Source: Deltaproteobacteria bacterium (GTDB lineage Bacteria > Desulfobacterota > Binatia > Binatales > Binataceae). Taken from it: a stretch of 64,000 bases of DNA. Both the position numbers and the translations under genes were made by a program. Each line of letters opens with the position of its first letter. Position 1 is the first letter of the stretch. Shown one piece after another: positions 47,214 to 56,877 of this stretch. The notes under the pieces were generated by a model that saw nothing but the letters and a program-made list of their open reading frames with translations, did not search any database and was not told the DNA's origin. The DNA lies in contig JAKAVC010000099.1 of the NCBI GenBank assembly GCA_021817345.1, positions 18,338-82,337 on the forward strand, given 5' to 3'.

Positions 47214-48902
47214 TTGAAGCGACACATGACACTCGGCGACTTCCTGGTCGCCTACCTGCGCAAAATTGACACGCGGTGCGTCTTCGGCATCCCGGGCGAT
47301 CTCGCGCTCAAGCTCTTCTTCGCGCTTGGACGCAAGCAGGGCCTCGACATAAAGACCTTCTCCCACGAGCCGGGCGTGGGCTTCGCCGCCGACGGATACG
47401 CGCGCGCGACCGGCAAAATCGGCGTCGTATGCGTGACCTACGGCGCGGGCGGCCACAACATGGTCAATCCCGTGGCAGGCTCGTTCTCCGAGCGCGTGCC
47501 ACTGCTGATCTTCTCCGGCGGTCCCGGCGAGGAGGAGCGCAAGCTTGGAACGCTTATCCATCATCAGGCGCGCGAGATCGAATCGCAACTGCGCATCTAC
47601 CAGGAAGTCACCTGCGCCGCGCGGGTTCTGACCGATCCGTTGCGCGCCGCCGAGCAGCTCCACGAAGTGGTATGCACGGTATGGCGCGAGCAGCGCCCCG
47701 GCTATATCGAAATCCACCGCGACATGGTCGACCGCGAAATCGAAGTTCCCGACGAATTGCTCGAATGGGACGGACGGCTGCATTTCCGCGGTTCGGACCC
47801 TGCCAAGGCCGAGGAAGCGGCGCGCGAGGCCGCCGCGATGTTCAACGGGAGCAGGCATCCCGTGCTCATCGTCGGAATCGAAATTCACCGTTACCGGCTT
47901 TCGCACGAGTTGCTCGAGCTGGCCGAGGCGCTCGGTGCTCCGGTGTTCGCGACCGTGCTTGGCAAGGGCGCCTTCCCGATGGACCATCCGCTCTACATGG
48001 GCGTGCACGTCGGACCAATCAGCCCGCCGCCGATCGTCGCGCGGATGGACCAGGCGGATCTCGTGATGAATCTCGGATGCCTCAAGACGGACATGAATTT
48101 CGGCAACCGGCCGCCGCGCATAATCCAGGGCCGCACCGTATGGGCCGTCGATCGCCGGGTGGACATCAAGTATCACACCTATACCGACGTCGGGATTCGC
48201 GACTTCGTGCGCGCGCTGCTCAAGCAGAAGCTCAAGCGCCATCACGAGACCGTCCAATACGCCGACAATCTTCCTCCGTCCGGCGCCGACGCCCACAAGC
48301 TGATCAAGGTCGCGGACATCCTGCGCATCGTCAACGAGTTTCTCGCGGCGCATCGCCGTTATATGGTTGTCGCCGAGTCGGGAGACATGCTGTTCGGAGG
48401 ATTGGATATCCGCGTGCCGCACGGCGGAACTTATCTTGCCCAGGGTTTTTACGCCTCGATGGGTTTCGCGGTGCCGGCCGCGATCGGGGCGCAGATAGGC
48501 TCGGGGCTGAGACCGCTCGTGCTGTGCGGCGACGGCGGCTTCCAGATGACCGGCACCGAAATATCGCACGCGCCAAGACTTGAAGTGAATCCGATCCTCC
48601 TGGTGGTAAACAACGGCGGATGGGGCATCTTCAGGCCGGTCACCGAACGGCTCGACCTGTTGGAGATCCCGCCGTGGCCGTATGCGCAACTGGCGCGCGA
48701 CTTCGGCGGCGCGGGCTTCGAGGCGCGCACCCCGGACGAGCTGAGGCGCGCGCTCGAAGAGGCGCATCAGGCAAAAACCTTTTCGATAATCGACGTCCGC
48801 GTGGAGCGCGACGACCTTTCGCCCGTGACCGTCAAATACATCAAGGCCGCGGCGAAACATTCGCAGGCCCCGGGCGCGAAACCCGGACGCGCCACGATGT
48901 GA
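47214..48902 (+). CDS. TPP-dependent 2-keto-acid decarboxylase (indolepyruvate/phenylpyruvate decarboxylase-like)
   Basis: LGDFLVAYLRKIDTRCVFGIPGDLAL...FSHEPGVGFAADGYAR is the PYR domain. The C-terminal TPP motif is GDGGFQMT...NNGGWG. A TTG start is possible. Confidence 0.8.
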   Translation: MKRHMTLGDFLVAYLRKIDTRCVFGIPGDLALKLFFALGRKQGLDIKTFSHEPGVGFAADGYARATGKIGVVCVTYGAGGHNMVNPVAGSFSERVPLLIFSGGPGEEERKLGTLIHHQAREIESQLRIYQEVTCAARVLTDPLRAAEQLHEVVCTVWREQRPGYIEIHRDMVDREIEVPDELLEWDGRLHFRGSDPAKAEEAAREAAAMFNGSRHPVLIVGIEIHRYRLSHELLELAEALGAPVFATVLGKGAFPMDHPLYMGVHVGPISPPPIVARMDQADLVMNLGCLKTDMNFGNRPPRIIQGRTVWAVDRRVDIKYHTYTDVGIRDFVRALLKQKLKRHHETVQYADNLPPSGADAHKLIKVADILRIVNEFLAAHRRYMVVAESGDMLFGGLDIRVPHGGTYLAQGFYASMGFAVPAAIGAQIGSGLRPLVLCGDGGFQMTGTEISHAPRLEVNPILLVVNNGGWGIFRPVTERLDLLEIPPWPYAQLARDFGGAGFEARTPDELRRALEEAHQAKTFSIIDVRVERDDLSPVTVKYIKAAAKHSQAPGAKPGRATM

Positions 48903-48911
48903 GCGGAGGAT

Positions 48912-50531
48912 GTGATGGCTGACTACGAAAAAGTCTATCGCGAGTTCCGATGGAACACGCCCGGGCAGTTCAACTTCGGCGACGTGATCGATTCCTTCGC
49001 CGCCGATCCCTCGCGCGTCGCGCTGCTGTGGGAGGATCAGGAGGGCAATCGCGCCCGGCTCACATTTGCCGATATCAAGGAGCAATCGAATCGAGCCGCC
49101 AACGTGCTCGCGGGCCTCGGAATCAGGCGCGGCGATCCGATCCTGTTAGTTCTGCCGCGAATCCCGCTGTGGCAGTCGGCGTATATCGGCGCGCTCAAGG
49201 CGGGTGCGATGGTTATCCCGTGCACTTCGATGCTGCGCGAGAAGGACCTGGTGTATCGCGCCAACCACTCGGGCGCGAAGGCGATTGTCGCCTCGGTGGA
49301 GAGCGCCGCGATGGTCTCGGACCTGAGGAACCAGTGCCCTTCGATCGAACACTACCTTATCGCGGGCAGTTCGCGCAGCGGATGGGTCGGACTGCCGGAG
49401 GCGATGCAGCGTGCGTCGGACCGTTTCGCCACCGTCAAGACCGCGGCGACCGATCCGGCGATCTGCTACTACACGTCGGGCACCACGCGTGAGCCGAAAG
49501 CGGTCCTGCACGCTCACGCCTACTGCTATAGCCACAAATTCACGGGCCTCAACTGGCTCGACCTCAAACCGAGCGACGTTCACTGGACGACGTCGGACAC
49601 GGGATGGGCCAAGGCCGCCTACGGGGTGCTGTTCGGGCCGTGGATGAACGGCATCACGGTCTTCATGTACAACGGCCGCTTCGAGCCGAAAAAGGAACTG
49701 GAACTGCTCCAGCGCCACGGCGTCACTACGTTCTGCGCGCCGCCGACCGAGTACCGGATGCTGGTCAAGGAAGACCTGTCGAAGTATCGGCTGCCGAAGC
49801 TGCGCCATTGCACGGCCGCGGGCGAGCCGCTCAATCCCGAAGTGATCGAGGTCTGGCGAAGGGACTTCGGGCTTACGATCGCCGACGGGTACGGGCAGAC
49901 CGAAACCATCATCGTGGCGTGCAACATGCCCGGGATGGAGATACGGCCGGGCTCGATGGGGCGTCCGTTTCCGGGCCACGACGTCAGAATCGTCGATGAA
50001 GACCTGAACGAGTGCAAGACGGGCGAAGCCGGGCAGATCGCGGTGCGCGTAAAGCCCGACAAGCCGCCTTCCATCATGGTCGAATACTGGAAAAATCCCG
50101 AGGAAAACGCGGCCGTATTCCGCGGCGATTATTATCTCACCGGCGATCAGGCCTATCGCGACGCCGACGGGTATCTATGGTTCGTCGGACGCGCCGACGA
50201 CGTGATCAACTCGGCCGGTTATCGGATCGGCCCGTTCGAGGTCGAAAGCGCGCTGCTTGAGCACCCCGCGGTGATGGAATCGGCGGTGGTTGCAAGCCCC
50301 GACCCCGAGCGCGGCCATATCGTCAAGGCGTTCGTCAGGCTTAAGCCCGGTGTCGCGGGCAACGAGGCGCTCACGCGCGAACTGCAGGAGCATTGCAAGC
50401 GCGTGACTGCGCCGTACAAGTACCCGCGCGAGATCGAGTTCGTTGCCGACCTGCCCAAGACCGTGAGCGGCAAGATCCGCCGCGTCGAGTTGCGCAAGCT
50501 CGAGGAGCAGCGCAAACCCAGCGCCCGCTGA
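48912..50531 (+). CDS. AMP-forming acyl-CoA synthetase (medium-chain/aryl-CoA ligase-like)
   Basis: The AMP-binding motifs are YYTSGTTREPKAV, YGQTE and GDQAYRDADGYLWFVGRADDVIN, with the terminal K at GKIRR. The ATG at 48915 is the likely true start. Confidence 0.85.
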   Translation: MMADYEKVYREFRWNTPGQFNFGDVIDSFAADPSRVALLWEDQEGNRARLTFADIKEQSNRAANVLAGLGIRRGDPILLVLPRIPLWQSAYIGALKAGAMVIPCTSMLREKDLVYRANHSGAKAIVASVESAAMVSDLRNQCPSIEHYLIAGSSRSGWVGLPEAMQRASDRFATVKTAATDPAICYYTSGTTREPKAVLHAHAYCYSHKFTGLNWLDLKPSDVHWTTSDTGWAKAAYGVLFGPWMNGITVFMYNGRFEPKKELELLQRHGVTTFCAPPTEYRMLVKEDLSKYRLPKLRHCTAAGEPLNPEVIEVWRRDFGLTIADGYGQTETIIVACNMPGMEIRPGSMGRPFPGHDVRIVDEDLNECKTGEAGQIAVRVKPDKPPSIMVEYWKNPEENAAVFRGDYYLTGDQAYRDADGYLWFVGRADDVINSAGYRIGPFEVESALLEHPAVMESAVVASPDPERGHIVKAFVRLKPGVAGNEALTRELQEHCKRVTAPYKYPREIEFVADLPKTVSGKIRRVELRKLEEQRKPSAR

Positions 50532-50580
50532 GCGCGCCGTTCATCTGCCGCCCGCGTTCGGCGCGCGAGCGGCTGCTCCC

Positions 50581-51141
50581 TCAGCGCGAAGGCGCTTTGA
50601 AATCGCCGAGCAGGTTTATCTTGCCGGCGAATTCCTCGAGTTCGACCTCGGTGGTTTCGAGCAGGCGCGCAACCAGCCCCCAGAATCCGATCGACAGGAT
50701 CGGCTCGACGATTTCGGCCGGCCCGAGATGTTTCTTGAGTTCGGCGAGCGTCTCGGGACTGCCCTTGACGTTGCGCGCGACCTGCTCAGTGAAGTCGAGC
50801 ACGAGACGCTCGATCGGGTTGAAGCATCCGGCCGCCCGCGGATTGTCCATCGCGGCGATTTGCTCCTCGGTCACCCCGCACGCGCGCGCGATCGGAACGT
50901 GCTGGGTCCACTCGTAGAGCGAGCCGCTCACCCTGGCGGTGCGCAGGATCGCAATCTCGCGGAGCTTCGCGTCGAGCTTCGCGCGGGTCATCAGCGAATT
51001 TCCCATCTTCGAGAACGGATAAAAGGCCGCCTCCGAATTCGCGACCATCCGGGCGATATTCAGGGTGACGCGGCCCCGATGCAGCAGCTTGCGCGATTCT
51101 TCGGAAAGCGTGCTCTCGTCGACATAAGGAATGAGCGGCAT
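50581..51141 (-). CDS. Carboxymuconolactone-decarboxylase/AhpD-like family protein
   Basis: The CMD domain pattern is EIAILRTARVSGSLYEWTQHVPIARACGVTEEQIAAM. Confidence 0.7.
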   Translation of the reverse strand: MPLIPYVDESTLSEESRKLLHRGRVTLNIARMVANSEAAFYPFSKMGNSLMTRAKLDAKLREIAILRTARVSGSLYEWTQHVPIARACGVTEEQIAAMDNPRAAGCFNPIERLVLDFTEQVARNVKGSPETLAELKKHLGPAEIVEPILSIGFWGLVARLLETTEVELEEFAGKINLLGDFKAPSR

Positions 51142-52018
51142 TCCTGTTCCCTCCGGCTCGGCTGTTTGAATCTTCGAAGAGCGAAACGTTAGTATTGATT
51201 TGTCTTCGCGTGCAAACGAGCGGGCCGTCGCTCACGCCAGCGCCAAGGATGCTTCCGCGCGAGACCTCGGACGTTGTAGCGGGCGACGAGTCCCGGGCGG
51301 AAACGCGCCCGAAGATAGGCAACCGACGGCCAAGCCGCTTGGCTGCGGTGCCCCGGTTCGAGCGAAGCGATGCCTCTGGGGAAACGTCCGTTCATTGTTT
51401 CGCCGGTGTCCGACATTTGTGGCAACGCTTCGAATGCCAGTCGCCCCCGCGCCTCGTCGTGCGGGGCTGAGTCCTCAGCTCGGGCGTCACAAGTGCTGCG
51501 CCTGAGGTGAACATAAAGCGAATCCGGCGCGGACATGGCTCAAGCCGGATAGGTGAATGCCCGACGAGGGTTAGTGAATTTTCGCCGCAGATGCATCGTC
51601 GAAAGACTCAGCGCTGAGCCGACAGTAGTATTATGACCCGCTCCAGGAACCATCTCGGGACGAGGCACCTTTCGGGCGTCTCCGTTCGAGTCGCCTTGGT
51701 GCTGGGGCTGATTCTGCTCAAGCTTTCCCTGCATCGCGTCCACGCCGGTTTTCAACATAGATGGAGACCGAGCACGGTTAGCGGCAAGCAACACACCGCG
51801 ATGGATGTTCCACGCGACGCACTGGCCGACCCACGGGGACAAGGTAACGGGGACACGTTTCAAGTCGCATTGCTTCGCTTGGCTGAACAGGCTAAGCGTC
51901 CCGTGGATTTGCGTGCGGGGTTGGAACGCTCAACATTCTTGCCGAACCTGCCGCGATGGCTGGTGGTCACCGGCTTCTGGCATCCGCCGCCGCCCCGTGC
52001 GTTCGAGCCGACCTGAAT

Positions 52019-52042
52019 CGGGCGCCCTCGTTGCGAGGGCGC
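52019..52042. promoter_or_regulatory. Perfect 10-bp stem hairpin/palindrome upstream of the RND pump gene
   Basis: GGCGCCCTCG-ttg-CGAGGGCGCC lies 92 nt upstream of the RND ATG. No T-tract follows, so it is either an operator-type palindrome or an RNA structure. Confidence 0.3.
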
Positions 52043-52133
52043 CACTGTCGAAAATTCAGCATTCAAAGCCAAGCTGCGGTTGCGCGGCGAGGGCGCGGCG
52101 CGCGCGCATGGCGTGTGCTGAGGTTGTTAGGCC

Positions 52134-55100
52134 ATGCCAAGTTTCTCGTTAAGAAATCCCTACCTAATAGTGGTGGGGGCACTGTTGATCGTTCTGCTCG
52201 GCGTCTCGGCTTTCTCCCGGATGCCCGTGGATGTGTTTCCCCGGCTGCATATCAAGGCGGCCGTGGTGGCGACCTTCTATCCAGGCTACGCGCCATTGGC
52301 GATGGAGCAGGATATCACCAGCCGGTATGAGCGATTCTTCACCCTGGGGAGTGGAATTGAACATATCGAGTCGCGCTCGCTGCCGGGCGTCAGCCTGATT
52401 ACCGTTTATTTCCACAGCAACGTGAACATGGACGCCGCAGCGGCAAACCTGGCCACTTTGGCGATGGGCGATCTGGGTCTGATGCCGCCGGGAACGCTGC
52501 CGCCGCTGGTGCTCAAATACAACGCGTCATCGTCGATTCCGGTCATCCTGGTTACGGTGACCGGTCCTTACGGCCAGACTGAGTTGCAGAATCAGGCGCG
52601 CTACAACGTGCGTAACTTCATGGCGACGGTGCAGGGCGCCTCGGTGCCATATCCCTTCGGCGGCAAGATTCGCCAGATTATGGCTTACGTGCATGGCAGG
52701 GCGTTGCAGGCGCTGGGAATGACGCCGATGGCTGCGGTCCGCGCGATCAATGCGACCAATCAGATTCTGCCGGCGGGCGACGCCAAAATCGGCAATTACG
52801 ATTATTACATCTACGCCAACGCCGAGGTTCCCAAACCCAAGGATATCGACAACGTACCCATCGAACTGGGTCCCGGACGCGCACCGGTGCTGTTTCGCGA
52901 GATTGGCAAAGCCAAACAGGCAGCCGAGATCCAATACAACCTGGTTCTGATTAACGGCAAGCCGGCCGTCTATGTGCCCATCTTCAAGCAGACGGGCGCG
53001 AACACGCTTTCCGTGATCGAAGGAATAAAGAAAGCGGTTCACGAGGTCACCGGCCTGAGCAGCGGCGAGAAGGTGCATACGCTGTTTAGCCAGGAGGATA
53101 CGATTCTCGACGCGGTACACGCGCTCGAGCATGAGGCGGCTTCGGGAGCGGTGCTGGCCTCGTTGATGATTCTGATCTTCCTGGGCAACTTCAAATCCAC
53201 TTTCGCGATTTTTCTCTCAATTCCGCTTTCGATCCTGGCCGGAGTACTCGGGCTGTACTTCTCGAACGCCACCATCAACATCATGACTCTGGGCGGCTTC
53301 ACCCTAGCCATCGGACGCCTGGTGGACGATTCAACGGTGGTGTTGGAAAACATCAATCGACATTTGGCCGCCGGCGAGGAGCCCGAGGTGGCCGCACGCA
53401 CGGGCGCCGAGGAGGTTACGTACGCCGTGCTGGCCTCGACGGTGAGCACGATCGTCGTGTTTTTGCCCGTGGTATTCCTGTTTGGCGTGGCCAAATACCT
53501 GTTCAGCGCACTCGCGCTGGCGGTGGTCTTTTCGATGGCCGCGTCATACGTGGTTTCGATGACGATCATCCCGCTCTACTGCGCGCGTTATCTGACCGCC
53601 GAGGATGCGCAGGAGAATTACGAGGAGCAGCGCGGACTGTTGGCCGCTTTCAACCGCGGGTACGAGCACTTCGCGGACCGCTTTGCCCTGCTGCTGGACC
53701 GGGTGCTGGACCACAAGGGAATCCTCATCGGTGCCGTGACGGCGGTCTTTGTTGGTTCAATGATGATGTTTCCGCGGCTGGGCGAGCGCCTGTTTCCGCG
53801 CACCGACGCCGGCAAGTTCGTCATCGACATCCGCACCCCGGTCGGCACCCGCATCGAACTGACACAGGCTGCGGCCGAAAAAATCAATCGCATCATCCAT
53901 CAGGTCATCCCGCCAGCCGATCTTAAGACCGTGGTCGCCAATATCGGCGTGGTCCCGAACGTTTCGGCGATTTACACCACCAACTCGGGCGAGGACACCG
54001 CCGAGGTGATGGTGTCGCTCAAGGAGGGCCACCACCGCTCGACGTTCTACTACGAGCGAAAGCTGCGCCAGGCGCTCGCGCAACGGATGCCCGAGCTCAA
54101 AACCTTCTTCGTCTCCGGCAGCATCGTGGACGCGGTGCTCAACTTCGGCGCTCCCGCTCCCATCGACGTGCAGCTCAGCGCGCCGATGACGGAGCCTTTC
54201 CCCAGGATTTTCCATTTCGCGCGCGAGATCCGCGAAAATCTCGAGAGCAAGCCCTATGTGAGTCAGACCGAACTCAAGGAGATCTCGGGCTATCCGACCC
54301 TCGTCATCAAGGTGGATCGCGCTCGCGCGGCCCGCATGGGCGTGACCGAGCACCAGGTGGTCACGAACCTGATCACCGCAATCGACAACAACGAAATGAT
54401 CAAGCCGTCGATCTGGATCGATCCGATTTCCGGCGACGACTACTATCTGAGCGTCCAGTACTTCGAGCCGGAGATCGAATCGCTCGAAGCGCTCAAGGAC
54501 ATTCCGGTCGCTCGGCGCGTCGATCCCAACTCGGTTTACCGCGGAACCTTTCTGCCGCGGCCCGGCATGCCCAGCACCGGCGAGGGCCATGAACAATCGG
54601 TGCTGCTGCGCGAAGTCGCCAGCATCAGTCACGCCTCGTATCCTTCCGAGGCCGACCATTACAACATCCAACGGGTGGTGGACGTGCTGGTTTCGCCGCG
54701 CACCAGCGACCTCGGCGGCACCTTGACCAAGATCCAGGCGCTCATCTCCCATCTCAAGGGCCACAAAAACATCAAAGTCTACTATCGTGGCTCCGTCGAA
54801 ATCATGGAGAAGGCCTTCGCCAGCTTCAAAAGCGGCTTTGTGCTCGCGGTGGTCGTGATATATCTGGTCGGCGTCGCTCAGGGCCGTTCGTGGCTCGACC
54901 CGTTCATTTTCCTGTTCTCAGTGCCGATGGGATTGATTGGCGTGGTCTGGATCCTGTGGGCGACCAACACGACCATTAACATCGAGTCGCTGATGGGCGT
55001 AATCGTCATGATTGGCATCGTCATTTCCAACGCGATACTGCTGATCGACTTTGCCAACGTACGGCGGCTGCAGGGGATGGAACTGCGCAAGGCGGCGGTC

Positions 55101-55322
55101 GAGGCCGCGCGTATCCGGATGCGGCCGATTCTGATGACGGCGCTGGCCACAGTCGCCGGGCTCTTGCCTGTCGCGATGAAGTTGGAGAGCGGTTCCTCGG
55201 CCGCCGCGCCACTGGCGCGCACGGTTATCGGCGGGCTTTCGGTGTCGACCGTGATGACGCTGTTCCTGGTCCCGGCCATGTGGGAGCTGTTCTATTCAAG
55301 GAAGAAAGAAAAGGCGTCTTAA
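52134..55322 (+). CDS. RND-superfamily efflux transporter permease (AcrB/HAE-type), 1062 aa
   Basis: It has 12 TM and two large periplasmic loops. The N-terminus is MPSFSLRNPYLIVVGALLIVLLGVSAFSRMPVDVFP. Confidence 0.9.
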   Translation: MPSFSLRNPYLIVVGALLIVLLGVSAFSRMPVDVFPRLHIKAAVVATFYPGYAPLAMEQDITSRYERFFTLGSGIEHIESRSLPGVSLITVYFHSNVNMDAAAANLATLAMGDLGLMPPGTLPPLVLKYNASSSIPVILVTVTGPYGQTELQNQARYNVRNFMATVQGASVPYPFGGKIRQIMAYVHGRALQALGMTPMAAVRAINATNQILPAGDAKIGNYDYYIYANAEVPKPKDIDNVPIELGPGRAPVLFREIGKAKQAAEIQYNLVLINGKPAVYVPIFKQTGANTLSVIEGIKKAVHEVTGLSSGEKVHTLFSQEDTILDAVHALEHEAASGAVLASLMILIFLGNFKSTFAIFLSIPLSILAGVLGLYFSNATINIMTLGGFTLAIGRLVDDSTVVLENINRHLAAGEEPEVAARTGAEEVTYAVLASTVSTIVVFLPVVFLFGVAKYLFSALALAVVFSMAASYVVSMTIIPLYCARYLTAEDAQENYEEQRGLLAAFNRGYEHFADRFALLLDRVLDHKGILIGAVTAVFVGSMMMFPRLGERLFPRTDAGKFVIDIRTPVGTRIELTQAAAEKINRIIHQVIPPADLKTVVANIGVVPNVSAIYTTNSGEDTAEVMVSLKEGHHRSTFYYERKLRQALAQRMPELKTFFVSGSIVDAVLNFGAPAPIDVQLSAPMTEPFPRIFHFAREIRENLESKPYVSQTELKEISGYPTLVIKVDRARAARMGVTEHQVVTNLITAIDNNEMIKPSIWIDPISGDDYYLSVQYFEPEIESLEALKDIPVARRVDPNSVYRGTFLPRPGMPSTGEGHEQSVLLREVASISHASYPSEADHYNIQRVVDVLVSPRTSDLGGTLTKIQALISHLKGHKNIKVYYRGSVEIMEKAFASFKSGFVLAVVVIYLVGVAQGRSWLDPFIFLFSVPMGLIGVVWILWATNTTINIESLMGVIVMIGIVISNAILLIDFANVRRLQGMELRKAAVEAARIRMRPILMTALATVAGLLPVAMKLESGSSAAAPLARTVIGGLSVSTVMTLFLVPAMWELFYSRKKEKAS

Positions 55323-55378
55323 CCGCCAGGCGGCGGTTGAACTCGTCGAACCGACTGCCCTCGGTGCCCGCGCCGGAG

Positions 55379-56167
55379 CTACGGATGCTCCGGCGCGGGC
55401 GAGGGTTCGGCCGTTGCGGAAGGTCGCGGCGCGGCCGAGGCGGCCAGCGGCAAAAACCGCTTCATCTCGGGCTCGACAAAAAGGCTGCCGACCGCGCGCG
55501 ATAGCGCGACGGACAAAGATTCGGCGGGATCGGCCTCGAGCGGCAGGAAAACCTCGTGGCCAACCGGCAGCGGGGGTTCTTTTTCGGTGCCAAGGATTTC
55601 ACCCGCATAGAGCGTATCGCCAAGGCGGCTCAGCAGGGTGAATTTGAGCCTCACCCGTGAGTCCATCGTGAAGTACCGGCCGTGCACCGTCATCTTCGAG
55701 CCGAAATACTTGTTCACGCTCACCTGCTCCACGTCGCACGCGAGCATCAGATCGACACCGAACGGAAGCGCGCCTGGAGCCGAGCGGATCACAAGCGGCA
55801 CGGGCTTCAAACCGGCGTCCGACAGGCCCTTGAGTATCGATTGACGGACGAGGGCGCCGAAGTCCTTCACAAAAAGGGGGCGTTCAAGGGTCCCGTCAGC
55901 CTTGTACACTCCGCCGACTCGAAAGGTTCCGGCGGCGAATTTGCCGCCGACGGGAGGCACGCCAACTTTTGCGGGATAGAAAATGCTCTGCGAGCCGGGA
56001 ACGAAACCGGGCAGAAAATGAAGCCTCATCGGCTTGGGTTTTCCGCACCCGGCCACGAAAAGCGCGGCCAGCGCCGCAATCAAAAATGCAATCGCCCTAG
56101 GATTCAGGTTCCGAGGCGGCCGGCTGATGTCGTTCACGCCACCACAGCAAATAGAGCACAAGCGCAA
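55379..56167 (-). CDS. Hypothetical lipoprotein
   Basis: The lipobox is AIAFLIAALAALFVAGCGK. The 5' end as drawn overlaps the DedA stop by 70 nt, so the true start is probably a downstream or non-ATG codon. Confidence 0.45.
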   Translation of the reverse strand: MRLCSICCGGVNDISRPPRNLNPRAIAFLIAALAALFVAGCGKPKPMRLHFLPGFVPGSQSIFYPAKVGVPPVGGKFAAGTFRVGGVYKADGTLERPLFVKDFGALVRQSILKGLSDAGLKPVPLVIRSAPGALPFGVDLMLACDVEQVSVNKYFGSKMTVHGRYFTMDSRVRLKFTLLSRLGDTLYAGEILGTEKEPPLPVGHEVFLPLEADPAESLSVALSRAVGSLFVEPEMKRFLPLAASAAPRPSATAEPSPAPEHP

Positions 56168-56720
56168 TTACGCTTATCGCCAGCAAAGCCCACCGCGTCG
56201 CCGAATGCGCGAGCATCGCGACCCGGTACAGCTCGTCGCCGACCAGGTATCCCACCGTCACCACCAGCGTACACCATACGAGCGCCCCCAAAACATTCCA
56301 CGCAAGAAAGCGCAGGAACGGCATCCCCGCCGCACCCGCCATCGGACCCGCCAAAAATCTCGCGCCCGCGATAAAGCGCGCCATGAAGACCGCCTTGGAG
56401 CCGTGGATATGAAAAAATGTCTGCAGCCGGTCGTAACGATTGCGCACAAACGCAAACCGGTCGGCAAGCCTGGCTATTACCCGTTGCCCGCCGGTTCTTC
56501 CGAACAGAAACCCGCAGCAGTCGCCGACCACCGCGCTCACGAACACGACCGCGTACACTGCTTCGAGATTCAGGATTTCACGTCCCGCCAGGAACCCGGC
56601 CACCAGCATCACGGTTTCCTCGGGCACCGGGATTCCCAGGTTGCCGACAAAGACGCACGCAAAAATTCCAAGATATCCCCACGTATCCAGCCACTTAATG
56701 ATGGTCGCGGGGTCAAGCAT
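56097..56720 (-). CDS. DedA/SNARE-associated (TVP38) family membrane protein
   Basis: YLGIFACVFVGNLGIPVPEETVMLVAGFLAG plus a G-rich re-entrant motif (FIAGARFLAGPMAG) are present. Confidence 0.8.
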   Translation of the reverse strand: MLDPATIIKWLDTWGYLGIFACVFVGNLGIPVPEETVMLVAGFLAGREILNLEAVYAVVFVSAVVGDCCGFLFGRTGGQRVIARLADRFAFVRNRYDRLQTFFHIHGSKAVFMARFIAGARFLAGPMAGAAGMPFLRFLAWNVLGALVWCTLVVTVGYLVGDELYRVAMLAHSATRWALLAISVIALVLYLLWWRERHQPAASEPES

Positions 56721-56877
56721 CTCGTTTCCGGGTGCGATACGGCTAAGCGTTCGCCGTTTTTTCTAGCTTGTCGCATCGCGCCGGACAAGATAAGAGCCGA
56801 TTTCCCGAAAAGTCCGCCTCGTGGCGCGGAATCCCGGCCCGGGACCCGATTTGAAGGCACTAAACATCTGATGGGAC

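Noticed and set aside
47091-49085. 664-aa minus-strand ORF opposite the TPP decarboxylase and acyl-CoA synthetase
   Set aside because: Antisense artefact. It also crosses the gene boundary.
53757-54764. 335-aa minus-strand ORF inside the RND permease gene
   Set aside because: Antisense artefact.
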